Virus record (IMG/VR): IMGVR_UViG_3300037511_000475
Strand: one strand, 5' to 3'
Length of the DNA stretch: 64,000 nt
Source of the DNA: a virus
Shown here: one piece after another, positions 45,144 through 54,189 of the stretch
How positions within the stretch are numbered: position 1 is the stretch's first letter
Layout: every line of letters starts with the position of its first letter
The notes under the pieces: generated by a model
Told to the model about the DNA's origin: nothing
Database searches by the model: none
The model's input: the letters and a program-made list of their open reading frames with translations, nothing else
Translations under genes and position numbers: made by a program

Positions 45144-45365
45144 ATGAGAACAGAAGATGCCGTAAGAGGATTTAAGGCTGCACTTGCAGTTGACCAGCAG
45201 GCGATCGCACCCAAATATTCAGATAGCCTTTTTCAGTTGTGCTGGATGGCAATCATTGCAGCCGTGATTGGATGGCTACGAAAAACCAGAACCTATAAAT
45301 ATTTCAGGTTAGTAGAAGATGAAGCGGTTATTAATTGGGTCTTAGGGGAGAGCGATCGCTCATGA
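45144..45365 (+). CDS. small membrane protein inserted between gpI and gpJ
   Basis: 73-aa ORF with one hydrophobic segment. Confidence 0.45.
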   Translation: MRTEDAVRGFKAALAVDQQAIAPKYSDSLFQLCWMAIIAAVIGWLRKTRTYKYFRLVEDEAVINWVLGESDRS

Positions 45366-47656
45366 CCCGCAAACGCCCCACACCAAAAGGCTTCGGAGCC
45401 AAGAAACCAAAACAACCCGTTACCGATGAGGTATCGGGTATCAGTTCTGCCTTTGCCGAATTTATTGGGGCGATATCCTCTGGGCCAATCGAAGGACTGG
45501 TGAACGGCGCACAGTCTATCTACCTGGATGACACACCAGCACAGGATCCAGATGGCACCTACAACTTCTCAGAATTCAAATGGTGGTTTCGCCCTGGCAC
45601 TCAGAACCAGGCATTAATTAGAGGCATCACCCAGGGTGTCTTCTCTGAAACGCCCGTTGGGGCAGAAGTGCGTTACCTGTTTCCCGTATCACGCACCATC
45701 ACAAATCCCAACCTCGATTCAATCCGCATTACCTTAAGCGTAGTCTTGCAGGAAGCTGAAGACGATGGCGATGTCAAGGAAAACGATGTCAGCTATGAAA
45801 TCCGGATCCGACAGGGCGCAGGGGCTCTTGTCCTGCGAGAATCACGCACGATTAAAGGCCGTTATCCCACCCAAACAAACTTCGAGGTTCAATTCCCGGT
45901 TAATAACCTGGGCGGAACCGTTGAGGAGTTCGAGGTTGAGATAACGCGCACTACCGATGATGACGATGATGATCTTCAGAATCAGCGGATCCTGCGTTGG
46001 GAAAGCTATACAGAGTGCATTGATGACAAATTCAACTACCCTCACACTGCGCTGATGGCTGTCAGGGTAGACAGAGAGCAATTTGATAATATTCCCCAGT
46101 TCTCTTATGAAATGTATGGGGTAAGGAATTGCAGAATTCCCACCAATGCAACCGTGAATATGAGCGATCGCGGCCTCGATTACTCTGGCACTTGGGACGG
46201 TACTTTCAAATCTGCAGGCTATGCCATCAGCGATCCAGCATGGCAGCTATTCGATCTTCTCACTCACCCAGAAGAAGGGTTAGGGCAAGAGATCAAAATC
46301 TCAGATCTGAATAAGTGGCACTATTACGCACTCTCAAAGTACTGCAACGAATTAGTTAATGACGGCAAAGGAGGACTAGAACGGCGTTTTTCCAGCAATA
46401 TCTATCTAACCGATCGCAAAGACGCCAACGAGGTTATTGAAGGTTTCCGCTCAATCTTTAATGGCTTCACCTACTACCTAAATGGGGTGATCAACTTAGG
46501 CACAGATATGCCACGTGACCCTATCCGGCAGTTTGTGCCAGCAGATGTTGAGAACGGCGAATTCAGGTACACACGACCTGGATTGCGATCGCTTAAAACA
46601 GAGGCGATCGTTACCTACATCGACCCGGAAACCTGGGAACGAGATACGGTTACAGTCAGACTGCCAGCACAATACCGCCAAAAGTATGGTGAAGGTTCAC
46701 CACTAGAAATGAGTGCGTTTGCCTGCACCTCTCAAGGGCAAGCACGCCGCGCAGGACTGGCAGCACTAATCGGCAACATCGAAGGAAAGATTGTTACCTT
46801 CAAAAGCCGGATGCATGGCGTGATCTGTGTTCCAGGCGACCTGATTGATATTTACGATTACGAAACCTCCCAATACACGGGAGGCGGGTTAATCAAGGAA
46901 GCAACCGCTGGAGAGGTGACACTCGATCGCGCTGTCAGAATACGCGCTGGCTTTACCTATCTACTCTCTGTAATGATGCCAGACGGCACAAGACAGGAGA
47001 GGGCGATCGCCAACCTACCAGGCGATCACACCGTCCTAACTCTACCCATCGACTTCACCGAAGCACCAGAACCGGAAGCAAGCTGGATTCTAGCTTCTGC
47101 GTCGTTGCAGCGATCGCTCTGGACAGTCTTAGACGTGATCAGCGTCCCAGAATCTAACAACACCCTCTACGAGATTAATGCCCTCTACCACAACCCAGAC
47201 AAGTTCGATTTAATTGAAAACGGACAGATTCTACCAGCCCCACGGGTGAGGAATCGACCGTCTCAAACGGTAAGCTTGCCCAGGAATGTGAGGGCGATCG
47301 CCCGTGTTCGTTACAACACCGAAACAGGAATCACAGGTGTTGACTTAGATTGCCGTTGGGATGCACCACTAAGAGCCGATGGCACCCGTGATCCGTTTAT
47401 CAGTTCCTACTTTTTTGAATATCGAGTGTTTGCTAATGGGGTATGGGTCAACAGGCAAACCCTAAAAACCAGAAATATTGTTCTGAGTCCTGCACCCAGG
47501 GGGAATGTCTATATACGGGTAGCGGCGATCGACATCAATGGCAGGGTTTCTAAATGGGTGCGATCGGCTGCCGTCGGCACTAGCTTTGTGTCAGGGGAGC
47601 AACCCAACTATGCAGCTACAGCCAACGAATTTACAACTTTGTTCTTTACGGATTAA
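45362..47656 (+). CDS. tail tip / host specificity protein J (lambda gpJ-like, short)
   Basis: ISSGPIEGLVNG, SIYLDDTP, FRPGTQNQ, YPHTAL, SDPAWQLFDLLT, GDLIDIYD; FN3-like C-terminus. Confidence 0.92.
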   Translation: MTRKRPTPKGFGAKKPKQPVTDEVSGISSAFAEFIGAISSGPIEGLVNGAQSIYLDDTPAQDPDGTYNFSEFKWWFRPGTQNQALIRGITQGVFSETPVGAEVRYLFPVSRTITNPNLDSIRITLSVVLQEAEDDGDVKENDVSYEIRIRQGAGALVLRESRTIKGRYPTQTNFEVQFPVNNLGGTVEEFEVEITRTTDDDDDDLQNQRILRWESYTECIDDKFNYPHTALMAVRVDREQFDNIPQFSYEMYGVRNCRIPTNATVNMSDRGLDYSGTWDGTFKSAGYAISDPAWQLFDLLTHPEEGLGQEIKISDLNKWHYYALSKYCNELVNDGKGGLERRFSSNIYLTDRKDANEVIEGFRSIFNGFTYYLNGVINLGTDMPRDPIRQFVPADVENGEFRYTRPGLRSLKTEAIVTYIDPETWERDTVTVRLPAQYRQKYGEGSPLEMSAFACTSQGQARRAGLAALIGNIEGKIVTFKSRMHGVICVPGDLIDIYDYETSQYTGGGLIKEATAGEVTLDRAVRIRAGFTYLLSVMMPDGTRQERAIANLPGDHTVLTLPIDFTEAPEPEASWILASASLQRSLWTVLDVISVPESNNTLYEINALYHNPDKFDLIENGQILPAPRVRNRPSQTVSLPRNVRAIARVRYNTETGITGVDLDCRWDAPLRADGTRDPFISSYFFEYRVFANGVWVNRQTLKTRNIVLSPAPRGNVYIRVAAIDINGRVSKWVRSAAVGTSFVSGEQPNYAATANEFTTLFFTD

Positions 47657-47659
47657 CTT

Positions 47660-48178
47660 ATGAGTTCTATCGCTTATAGAGACGGATTAGGTAATACTCG
47701 CTATCGCGACACTTATTCTGGTGCAGGTACCGAGCTTAGCCCCGACGTGATGACATCGCACGATCCGGTGCTGGGTGAAACTTCCGATAGTGCTGCTGCC
47801 TCGCCTGGTTCTACCGCGAGTGCGATCGCCCTCCTAAAAGGCTTATGGTCTGACTGGCAGACCTCCGACACAACGGCATCTGCTACCTTGCTCAACGCGG
47901 TTACAGCCACGGGTGCAGGCAGTAGCACAACCGCAACCAGATATGGAAGTTTTGCCTTTTACTTCACAGCTACTTCTGTAACTTCAGGTGGTACCGTGGC
48001 GATCGAAGTAGAAGCCCCTGATGGCACCTGGCACGAAATCCACAGAGAAGTGATTGCGGCGAATACGGCAACAACGGCGATCGCACCCTTTACCATCTCA
48101 GCCCCATTTAGAGCAGTGAGAGGGAATGTGGTTAGCAGGACTGATGGAACATTTACCTTGGGTATGACGGCGAGATAG
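47660..48178 (+). CDS. hypothetical, probably virion-associated Ser/Thr/Ala-rich protein
   Basis: Follows gpJ in the same operon. Confidence 0.65.
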   Translation: MSSIAYRDGLGNTRYRDTYSGAGTELSPDVMTSHDPVLGETSDSAAASPGSTASAIALLKGLWSDWQTSDTTASATLLNAVTATGAGSSTTATRYGSFAFYFTATSVTSGGTVAIEVEAPDGTWHEIHREVIAANTATTAIAPFTISAPFRAVRGNVVSRTDGTFTLGMTAR

Positions 48179-48189
48179 GGCGATCGCTT

Positions 48190-48380
48190 TTAAGGGTTCT
48201 CCTGTTGCTTTTTGCGCTTGCGGTACTCTTTGGCTTTTTCGGCTTTGTATTTTTTGCGCTCTTCGCTTGACTCAAAGTTTGTGCGCTCTTTCCAGGCTTT
48301 TTGCTTGTTATAGTCATCTGGCTTAGTTTTGGGTCTGCCACGTTTGCGCTTAGGCTGTTCATCCATTTGTGCTACCCTCA
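48190..48380 (-). CDS. small basic protein with AT-hook-like KRKRGRPK
   Basis: MRVAQMDEQPKRKRGRPKTKPD... Confidence 0.55.
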
Positions 48381-48434
48381 TAGGAAAACCCCGCTTCTCG
48401 TGTGTCTTTACTTGAGACGCGGGGTTCTTTATAT

Positions 48435-48695
48435 TTAGCAGGCAGTCAGTTTTTTGCGACAATCTTTACAGGACGCTCGGTAAGAACCAATTGCCAAAGC
48501 GATTCCGAGTTTGTCGGCATCGCGCTTGTCAATGGAGATGCCACCGCGATCGGGATGTGCAACAACCCCGCGCCGTGCAAAAAAATCAACCATGAAATTG
48601 TTGTACCCCAAAAAGTTGACGCGATCGCCGTAAACGTCAATTACAACTTCAATCTTTCCGTATGCTTTGTACTCTTGACGAATTTTGTTAATCAT
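48435..48695 (-). CDS. hypothetical protein
   Basis: MINKIRQEY... from ATG 48695. Confidence 0.55.
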   Translation of the reverse strand: MINKIRQEYKAYGKIEVVIDVYGDRVNFLGYNNFMVDFFARRGVVAHPDRGGISIDKRDADKLGIALAIGSYRASCKDCRKKLTAC

Positions 48696-48746
48696 TGGGG
48701 TGTTCTCGTGTGTCGTTAAATCTATTATGGCGTAGACACTACCTAA

Positions 48747-49004
48747 ATGACGAGAGGTTCCAGGAAATATCTTGAAATCATGAAACAACTATCCTTAAAC
48801 CTTGACTCAGCAATGCCTACAGGTGATGACGGGTGGCCTCATAAAGACGGAAGATGGATTATGCGCTCTTATTGCGCAAAGCCTGGATACGCCCCCGGAG
48901 AATGGCCTCATTTAACTTTTAAGAGCGCAGTCAAGAGAGCGCTAATCCTACTCAATGAATCTCCGGCGTTTTACTCATCCATTGAGGTTTACTACAAGGA
49001 ATAA
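48747..49004 (+). CDS. hypothetical protein
   Basis: 85-aa ORF. Confidence 0.5.
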   Translation: MTRGSRKYLEIMKQLSLNLDSAMPTGDDGWPHKDGRWIMRSYCAKPGYAPGEWPHLTFKSAVKRALILLNESPAFYSSIEVYYKE

Positions 49005-49173
49005 CAAGCTATGGGAAAGCCACCAAAAACACTTTTTGAATTCCGCTGGGCGATGTCGCAGGGATACTATCTTGGATGGAGCCGATTGGATGGATGGCAC
49101 CTATACCCTTCGCCGTTGCTGTTAATGCAATGGATTGAGTTGTGCGAGATAGGCTGAAGCTGCCACTTTTTAT

Positions 49174-49192
49174 TGGCATGTATTTCAATACA
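49174..49192. promoter_or_regulatory. operator motif A variant
   Basis: TGGCATG TATTT CAATACA upstream of terS. Confidence 0.6.
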
Positions 49193-49255
49193 GGCTAGAA
49201 TAGAGGCGATCGCCACTCTACCAGGGGCTTTTGAGGGCGATCGTTTTTTGTATGT

Positions 49256-49777
49256 ATGCCTTTAACTCCTAAGAAAAAGCGTTTCTGTGAAGAATACTGC
49301 GTAGACAGCAACGGAACGCAGGCTGCTATTCGTGCTGGCTATAGCGTCCGAAGTGCAGGACAGATGGCAGAACAACTCTTGAAAAAACATGAAATTCAGG
49401 AGTGCATCGCAACATTACGCAAAGAATCAACAGCCAGGGTGAATGTCACTATCGATCGCGTTGTAGAAGAGTATGCCGCGATCGCCTTTGCTAACACAAT
49501 GAAAGCTGTTGAGGTGAAGGCAGGAAAGTTGCTGGTGAAAGACCCAACAACGTTGCCTGAACAGTTGCAGAGGGCGATCGCATCTATCTCTCCGGTTCAA
49601 ACAAAAGATGGCGTGTTCTTTAAGTTGACATTTTTTGATAAGGTGCGTGCGCTGGATTCCCTGGGCAAGTATTTGGGGATGTTCAGCGAGTTCAATGGGG
49701 CGATCGCTACCCTCAAAACCTACGGCATTCATCTGCGGCAAACGGATGAAGGTTGGGTTGTGAGTGATAAAGAGTAG
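49256..49777 (+). CDS. terS: terminase small subunit
   Basis: LTPKKKRFCEEY..DSNGTQAAIRAGYS, DKVRALDSLGKYLGMF (Terminase_2 pattern). Confidence 0.9.
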   Translation: MPLTPKKKRFCEEYCVDSNGTQAAIRAGYSVRSAGQMAEQLLKKHEIQECIATLRKESTARVNVTIDRVVEEYAAIAFANTMKAVEVKAGKLLVKDPTTLPEQLQRAIASISPVQTKDGVFFKLTFFDKVRALDSLGKYLGMFSEFNGAIATLKTYGIHLRQTDEGWVVSDKE

Positions 49778-49796
49778 TTTTTCCTAATAGAAACCT

Positions 49797-50378
49797 ATGG
49801 CATTAGTTGATTATCAGATCCGGCGGCTTTGCCTTGAGAATGATTTGGTTGTGCCGTTCCTCCCAGAAATGCTAAACCCAGCATCAATCGACGTTCGGAT
49901 TGGGCAGTTTATCAAGGTAGAGCATCAAGGTAGTTGGGGCGATCGCCTATCTCGTTTTCTGTTTCGGTTTAAGCCGTTGCGTCGATGGGTAAAGTTTAAG
50001 CCAGTTCAATTTGTTGATGTAGACCTTTCAGGGTACACAGCCGAAAATCCTTACTACATCAAACCAAAAGAATTTTTCCTAGCCTCTACGATTGAGGTTT
50101 TCAATATTCCGGATACCCTCACGGTTACCTTTTGCCTAAAGTCTTCCAGGGGAAGGGAAGGCTTTAATAATGTGTTGGCAGGCTTTGGAGATCCAGGATG
50201 GCAAGACTCAGTTTTAACGCTTGAACTAATTAATGAACTGCGTTTTAACTGGCTCCCAATTTATCCAGGATTGCGGATTGGTCAGATGATTTTTGAAAAC
50301 TGTGATGCGCCCGAGAAAAGCTATTCGGTCACTGGCAGATACAACGGCGATCGCACCGTCCAATCAAGCAGGGGATGA
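49797..50378 (+). CDS. dcd: dCTP deaminase
   Basis: NPASIDVRIG, KSSRGREG, DPGW, LTLELIN, RIGQMIF, GRYNGD. Confidence 0.9.
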   Translation: MALVDYQIRRLCLENDLVVPFLPEMLNPASIDVRIGQFIKVEHQGSWGDRLSRFLFRFKPLRRWVKFKPVQFVDVDLSGYTAENPYYIKPKEFFLASTIEVFNIPDTLTVTFCLKSSRGREGFNNVLAGFGDPGWQDSVLTLELINELRFNWLPIYPGLRIGQMIFENCDAPEKSYSVTGRYNGDRTVQSSRG

Positions 50379-50575
50379 GCATGATCACTGTTGCTGTTTG
50401 CGGCCTTGGGCTTGATATTTCCCCACCCGGGATACAGATTTATTTAGGCGATTACTGGATAGACATCGAAGTTTTCAGGCGTGGCGGATTCTCGATAACA
50501 CCACATTACAAGTTCGAGCCTATATGGCGATCGCTGATTATTGCAGATGATAATTTTGGAATCCCCAGGAACTAG
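50375..50575 (+). CDS. hypothetical protein
   Basis: 66-aa ORF overlapping dcd stop. Confidence 0.45.
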   Translation: MSMITVAVCGLGLDISPPGIQIYLGDYWIDIEVFRRGGFSITPHYKFEPIWRSLIIADDNFGIPRN

Positions 50576-50881
50576 GTTGAATATGTGGATATTTGCAGCG
50601 ATCGCCCTAGCAGCAATTATTGCGGTGTTAATCCTGGAAATTATTTTCTAGAATAGGTTTGCACCGTAGGTTTTCCCTGTCACTATTGGCAGGGATTTTT
50701 ATTAGGAATACAATAAAAGAGCAAACGTTTCACGGTAGTTTGCGCGGCAAGAAATTTCAAAATCCTCTGTCCTTCGCAGAGGATTTTTTATTACTTAAAA
50801 AAGCGATCGCAATGTTATGTGCGATCGCCTTTATTGTGTTATTAGCTGATTCTGGGTTGTGAACCTGAATGTCCTTCAAGT

Positions 50882-51109
50882 CTAGATCACGTCACACCGT
50901 TGCGATCGCCGTACCACCAACGTTTCTATCAATCCATCCGCTACCCGCTCCGGTGTTGCCCCTGCTGGAACCTCAGCCACGAGCAAACAGTATTTATCTT
51001 CACCGGGGCTGTCTGCTGTTATGGGTTGTGCAGATGCCCAGACCGTAGTGCGATCGCCTTCCGTCTTTGCAGCCAGGTAATATGGCGGCTTCTCCCACGT
51101 TTTCATCAT
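50882..51109 (-). CDS. hypothetical protein
   Basis: 75-aa ORF at end of the nblA-like operon. Confidence 0.55.
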   Translation of the reverse strand: MMKTWEKPPYYLAAKTEGDRTTVWASAQPITADSPGEDKYCLLVAEVPAGATPERVADGLIETLVVRRSQRCDVI

Positions 51110-51234
51110 TGGTCACTCTCCTGCTCATCCTGGATGCTATCTATTGCCCCTACAGTACGCCCTAGCATACAGATGAGGGAAAGGACGGCGATCGCCCCTA
51201 CTACGCCTACAGCGGCAACGAACAGCCAAATCAT
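51106..51234 (-). CDS. small single-TM peptide (42 aa, not in ORF track)
   Basis: MIWLFVAAVGVVGAIAVLSLICMLGRTVGAIDSIQDEQESDQ; ATGA overlaps on both sides. Confidence 0.6.
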   Translation of the reverse strand: MIWLFVAAVGVVGAIAVLSLICMLGRTVGAIDSIQDEQESDQ

Positions 51235-51425
51235 AAGACACTGCTGCCAGGATTCATCTTCCGTAAACATGCCCTGGTTGCAAAATTCAAGTCTACAGCG
51301 GCGATCGCCAACTCCCTCAACTTCTCAATATCGCTGGCAGCCTTAATCTCATTCACAATCTGCTGACGGTGTAGAGCCATCTCAAGTGGTAAATCAGAGG
51401 CCAAAACATTCAGGGGTGTGTCCAT
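51231..51425 (-). CDS. NblA-like phycobilisome degradation adaptor
   Basis: 64 aa; LPLE resembles the NblA L(S/T)LE start; helix-loop-helix hydrophobic pattern matches NblA as recalled. Confidence 0.55.
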   Translation of the reverse strand: MDTPLNVLASDLPLEMALHRQQIVNEIKAASDIEKLRELAIAAVDLNFATRACLRKMNPGSSVL

Positions 51426-51451
51426 TTTTTCTTGCCTAGAAGCTTTTGTTT

Positions 51452-51470
51452 AGTATTGCATATCAATACA
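51452..51470. promoter_or_regulatory. operator motif A
   Basis: AGTATTG CATAT CAATACA upstream of nblA-like gene. Confidence 0.75.
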
Positions 51471-51693
51471 GCGATCGCCCACATCGAAGAATTAGGTGAT
51501 TCCTGGTTTTGCAACAAAAAGCCCCTGCTAAATGGCAAGGGCGGGAATTTTCTGGTTGTTGTCGGTTTACCCCTTCAGCACAACCGAGGGCGATCGCCCA
51601 CCACATCACAGGCACCCCTCCCCCCCCCTATCAATTGCTGTTTAGGGGGGGGTACCCGTTTTTGCGCCTCCTTTTTCAATTTCTCAACCAGGG

Positions 51694-52060
51694 GTGAAAA
51701 CTGACTAACCCTTGAGGTAAACGGGCGATCGCCCTACCCCGTATAGCTTTCAGCCGATTTCCTTGTGCCCTCCCAAAAAGGCAAACACTTGTACCCTAAT
51801 AAACTGACTCAGGGCGTGAAACCCTTATTATTCCGTCTTTCCTCTTTTCTTTATTAGTCACATTACCCACTTAGTCATATAGATAAGAAAATAAAAAATT
51901 AAATGTAGATAGGGGGGGGATAGAAAGTAGAAATATATATATAAGGTATAGGGCTGATCTGCCTAAGTGACTAACTTAAGAGGCTGAAACCCTTGTCCTG
52001 TATGGACGGAGTCACTTCATTACCCTGTCGAACGTAGACTAATTTGGGTTAGGCAGTTTT
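51694..52060 (+). repeat. origin-like dispersed element, copy 3
   Basis: AAACCCTTATTA..TTATTAGTCACATTACCCA..ATAAAAAA..TAGGGGGGG..ATCTGCCTAA.TGACTAACTTAA..GGAGTCACTT..TTAGGCAGTTTT shared with copy 2. Confidence 0.85.
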
Positions 52061-52133
52061 GGTGCGCGATGAAAAACCCCCTACCAGTTAAGGCAGGGGG
52101 TGTGATGGGGTTGGTAGTGATTGGGCGATCGCT

Positions 52134-52886
52134 CTACTTGAGGCCGATGCCTTTGATTCCTTTGCGGTTGCTGCCAATGTCTACTAGGGCGATAGGAATT
52201 TCTAGTAGCTTCAGCGACCTAAAGACTTGATTGGAACCTTTGATGTAGCTTTGATCTGGCTTCCAGATGCGCTTTTCGCCCCTGACTTGTAAGATTCCTT
52301 GATTTTGATAATAGGCTTCAATTCGCCGCCATATCTCAATGACAGGAATTCGGTTTTGGGGATTGACTGTTAGGGCGATCGCTTCTGCCACTTCAGCTAC
52401 GTGTTCCTTGGTTATTTCAGGCGGTTGATAGTGGTAGATTACAAGCGGTGGTTTTGCTCCAACTTGACGGCTAATTAAAGCCATTTCTTTCCTCATTTCA
52501 GCTATTTGAGCTATGAGCTGATGGTTTGTGCGATCGCCTGAAATGCTGTAGCTGCCAGTCCTGCGAATGGTTGGCAGAACCTCTTCAAACAGCCAATCCT
52601 GAAAGGGTATAGCCAATGGACTGTCAGACCGGGCGATAATTCGCCAAAATCCTGGCTCTAGAAGTGTGACAACATTTTGTTCTCCGCCAAGGGTCATAAG
52701 ATTCTTATGACCCTTCCATTTTGCCGGAACCTTGTTGAGGTAATTATGACGGTTGCGCTTGTCTAATTCAGGGTAGAGAATCTCTAACAAGTCGTTTGCT
52801 ACCCATTCAGGTCGTTGGACTGTTCCAACAAAACGAAGTTCTGCACCATTGAAAAAGAATGGCTGGATAGCTGCCGTTAATTCCAT
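52134..52886 (-). CDS. Bro-N domain phage antirepressor-like protein
   Basis: FFFNGAELRFVG...EWVANDL...TLGGEQ...EPGFWRII.RSDSP.A..FQDWLFEEVLPTIRRTGSY. Confidence 0.9.
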   Translation of the reverse strand: MELTAAIQPFFFNGAELRFVGTVQRPEWVANDLLEILYPELDKRNRHNYLNKVPAKWKGHKNLMTLGGEQNVVTLLEPGFWRIIARSDSPLAIPFQDWLFEEVLPTIRRTGSYSISGDRTNHQLIAQIAEMRKEMALISRQVGAKPPLVIYHYQPPEITKEHVAEVAEAIALTVNPQNRIPVIEIWRRIEAYYQNQGILQVRGEKRIWKPDQSYIKGSNQVFRSLKLLEIPIALVDIGSNRKGIKGIGLK

Positions 52887-52952
52887 GTAAAATGTCCTCA
52901 GGAAGTTACTTGAGAAGCGGGGCGTAGCTTGCCCCGCTTTTTACGTCTCTAT

Positions 52953-52971
52953 TGTATTGAAATACAAGCCG
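52953..52971. promoter_or_regulatory. operator motif A, CAAGCC half-site variant
   Basis: TGTATTG AAATA CAAGCCG upstream of Bro-N gene. Confidence 0.75.
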
Positions 52972-52991
52972 AAGTAGGTAAGGCGATCGCC

Positions 52992-53387
52992 CTAAGCCTT
53001 AGCTGCCTCCTTCCAGAACCCGCGCTGAACCTTCAGCTTTTTCTCAAGTGCGCGAATCTGTTTGACGTTTTTCACCTTGTTCTCTTTGCGCCATTCTGCC
53101 CATGATTCATCAGTGGCTTGGAAGTTCACCCATTCATCCGTATCAGGCTTTGGCTCGAATGAATCCTGTTGGTTGATGCAGCGATCGCATAAGGAGCCAT
53201 CTGCATAAAGGTGATTCCAGCAGAAGTGAAGGCCACAACCGCGATCGCCTCCATAAGGTTGACCCCCGCAGACATAACTCAACCCACGGTCAATTTCTTC
53301 GTTGCAGCCTGGATGATCACAAAGGGCGGGCACCCCATAGCCAATAAAACGCTCAAAACCATCGTCATATCCAATAGACCATCCCAT
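52992..53387 (-). CDS. Cys/His-rich conserved phage protein
   Basis: MGWSIGYD...IGYGVPALCDHPGC..EIDRGLSYVCG...GCGLHFC..H. Confidence 0.75.
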   Translation of the reverse strand: MGWSIGYDDGFERFIGYGVPALCDHPGCNEEIDRGLSYVCGGQPYGGDRGCGLHFCWNHLYADGSLCDRCINQQDSFEPKPDTDEWVNFQATDESWAEWRKENKVKNVKQIRALEKKLKVQRGFWKEAAKA

Positions 53388-53428
53388 TGGTAAACCCTCA
53401 ATAGTGCTTGTAAGTTGCGCGATCGCCC

Positions 53429-53710
53429 CTAAGCCTCAACAAACAACCCGTCAAACGCATCCAGGTCAATCGGCTCAGAGAAATCGAGTTCATTGGCTTC
53501 AGCGATCGCCAGGTTGTGAACTACCGCAATAACCTTGTCCTTATCGGTATCGTTCCATAGTTCTGTGTTGTTGGAGTCGTAGCCAAAGTAGCGATCGCCC
53601 TTCTTCTGCACCGAGTAACCCAGCGTGGCAGCAACGCCTTTTAGCTGGACAAATTCAGACTCCTCGAACAGGGCATCAAACTCAGCAATTTGTTGTGCAG
53701 TGAATTCCAT
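53429..53710 (-). CDS. acidic hypothetical protein
   Basis: 93 aa, D/E-rich termini. Confidence 0.7.
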   Translation of the reverse strand: MEFTAQQIAEFDALFEESEFVQLKGVAATLGYSVQKKGDRYFGYDSNNTELWNDTDKDKVIAVVHNLAIAEANELDFSEPIDLDAFDGLFVEA

Positions 53711-53728
53711 GGTTTAGATCTCCGTAGG

Positions 53729-53747
53729 TGTGTTCTATTTCAATACA
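53729..53747. promoter_or_regulatory. operator motif A variant
   Basis: TGTGTTC TATTT CAATACA. Confidence 0.6.
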
Positions 53748-53761
53748 GACAGGGTATGGCT

Positions 53762-54001
53762 CTACCCTTGAAACCGGGTGCTGTGGAACTTGCGGGCCTT
53801 GCCCGTGCCAACAGCGGCAACCAGGTGATCTTCAGTCTTCACCAGACGACCCAGGGCACTACGAACCTGCCCAGCGGTGTAGTCGGCACGATAGAAGTAA
53901 TCCTCTTCGGTGCTCATCGCCTCTGCCCATTCTTCAGGGGTGAGGGAGCGATCGCACTTTTTGCTGATATAGCTCAAAACGGTTTCATCAATGCTTGCCA
54001 T
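53762..54001 (-). CDS. small winged-helix-like hypothetical protein
   Basis: MASIDETVL...YTAGQVRSALGRLVKT. Confidence 0.55.
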   Translation of the reverse strand: MASIDETVLSYISKKCDRSLTPEEWAEAMSTEEDYFYRADYTAGQVRSALGRLVKTEDHLVAAVGTGKARKFHSTRFQG

Positions 54002-54045
54002 GACTAGAACTCCTAAGTAATGGGTGTGTAGTAGATGCAAACTGA

Positions 54046-54189
54046 TTAGGGGCGTTTTTTGGCCTGAGATAATTTGGCCTCTACTGCATCAAGCTCAAGC
54101 CCGATCCAATACTTTTCTGCTTCAGTTGCGACGTTGTATTCAGCAATCAATGCATTGCGCTTTTGTTCGAGCTTCTCAATCACTTGCAT
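54046..54189 (-). CDS. small coiled-coil protein (47 aa, not in ORF track)
   Basis: MQVIEKLEQKRNALIAEYNVATEAEKYWIGLELDAVEAKLSQAKKRP. Confidence 0.6.
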   Translation of the reverse strand: MQVIEKLEQKRNALIAEYNVATEAEKYWIGLELDAVEAKLSQAKKRP

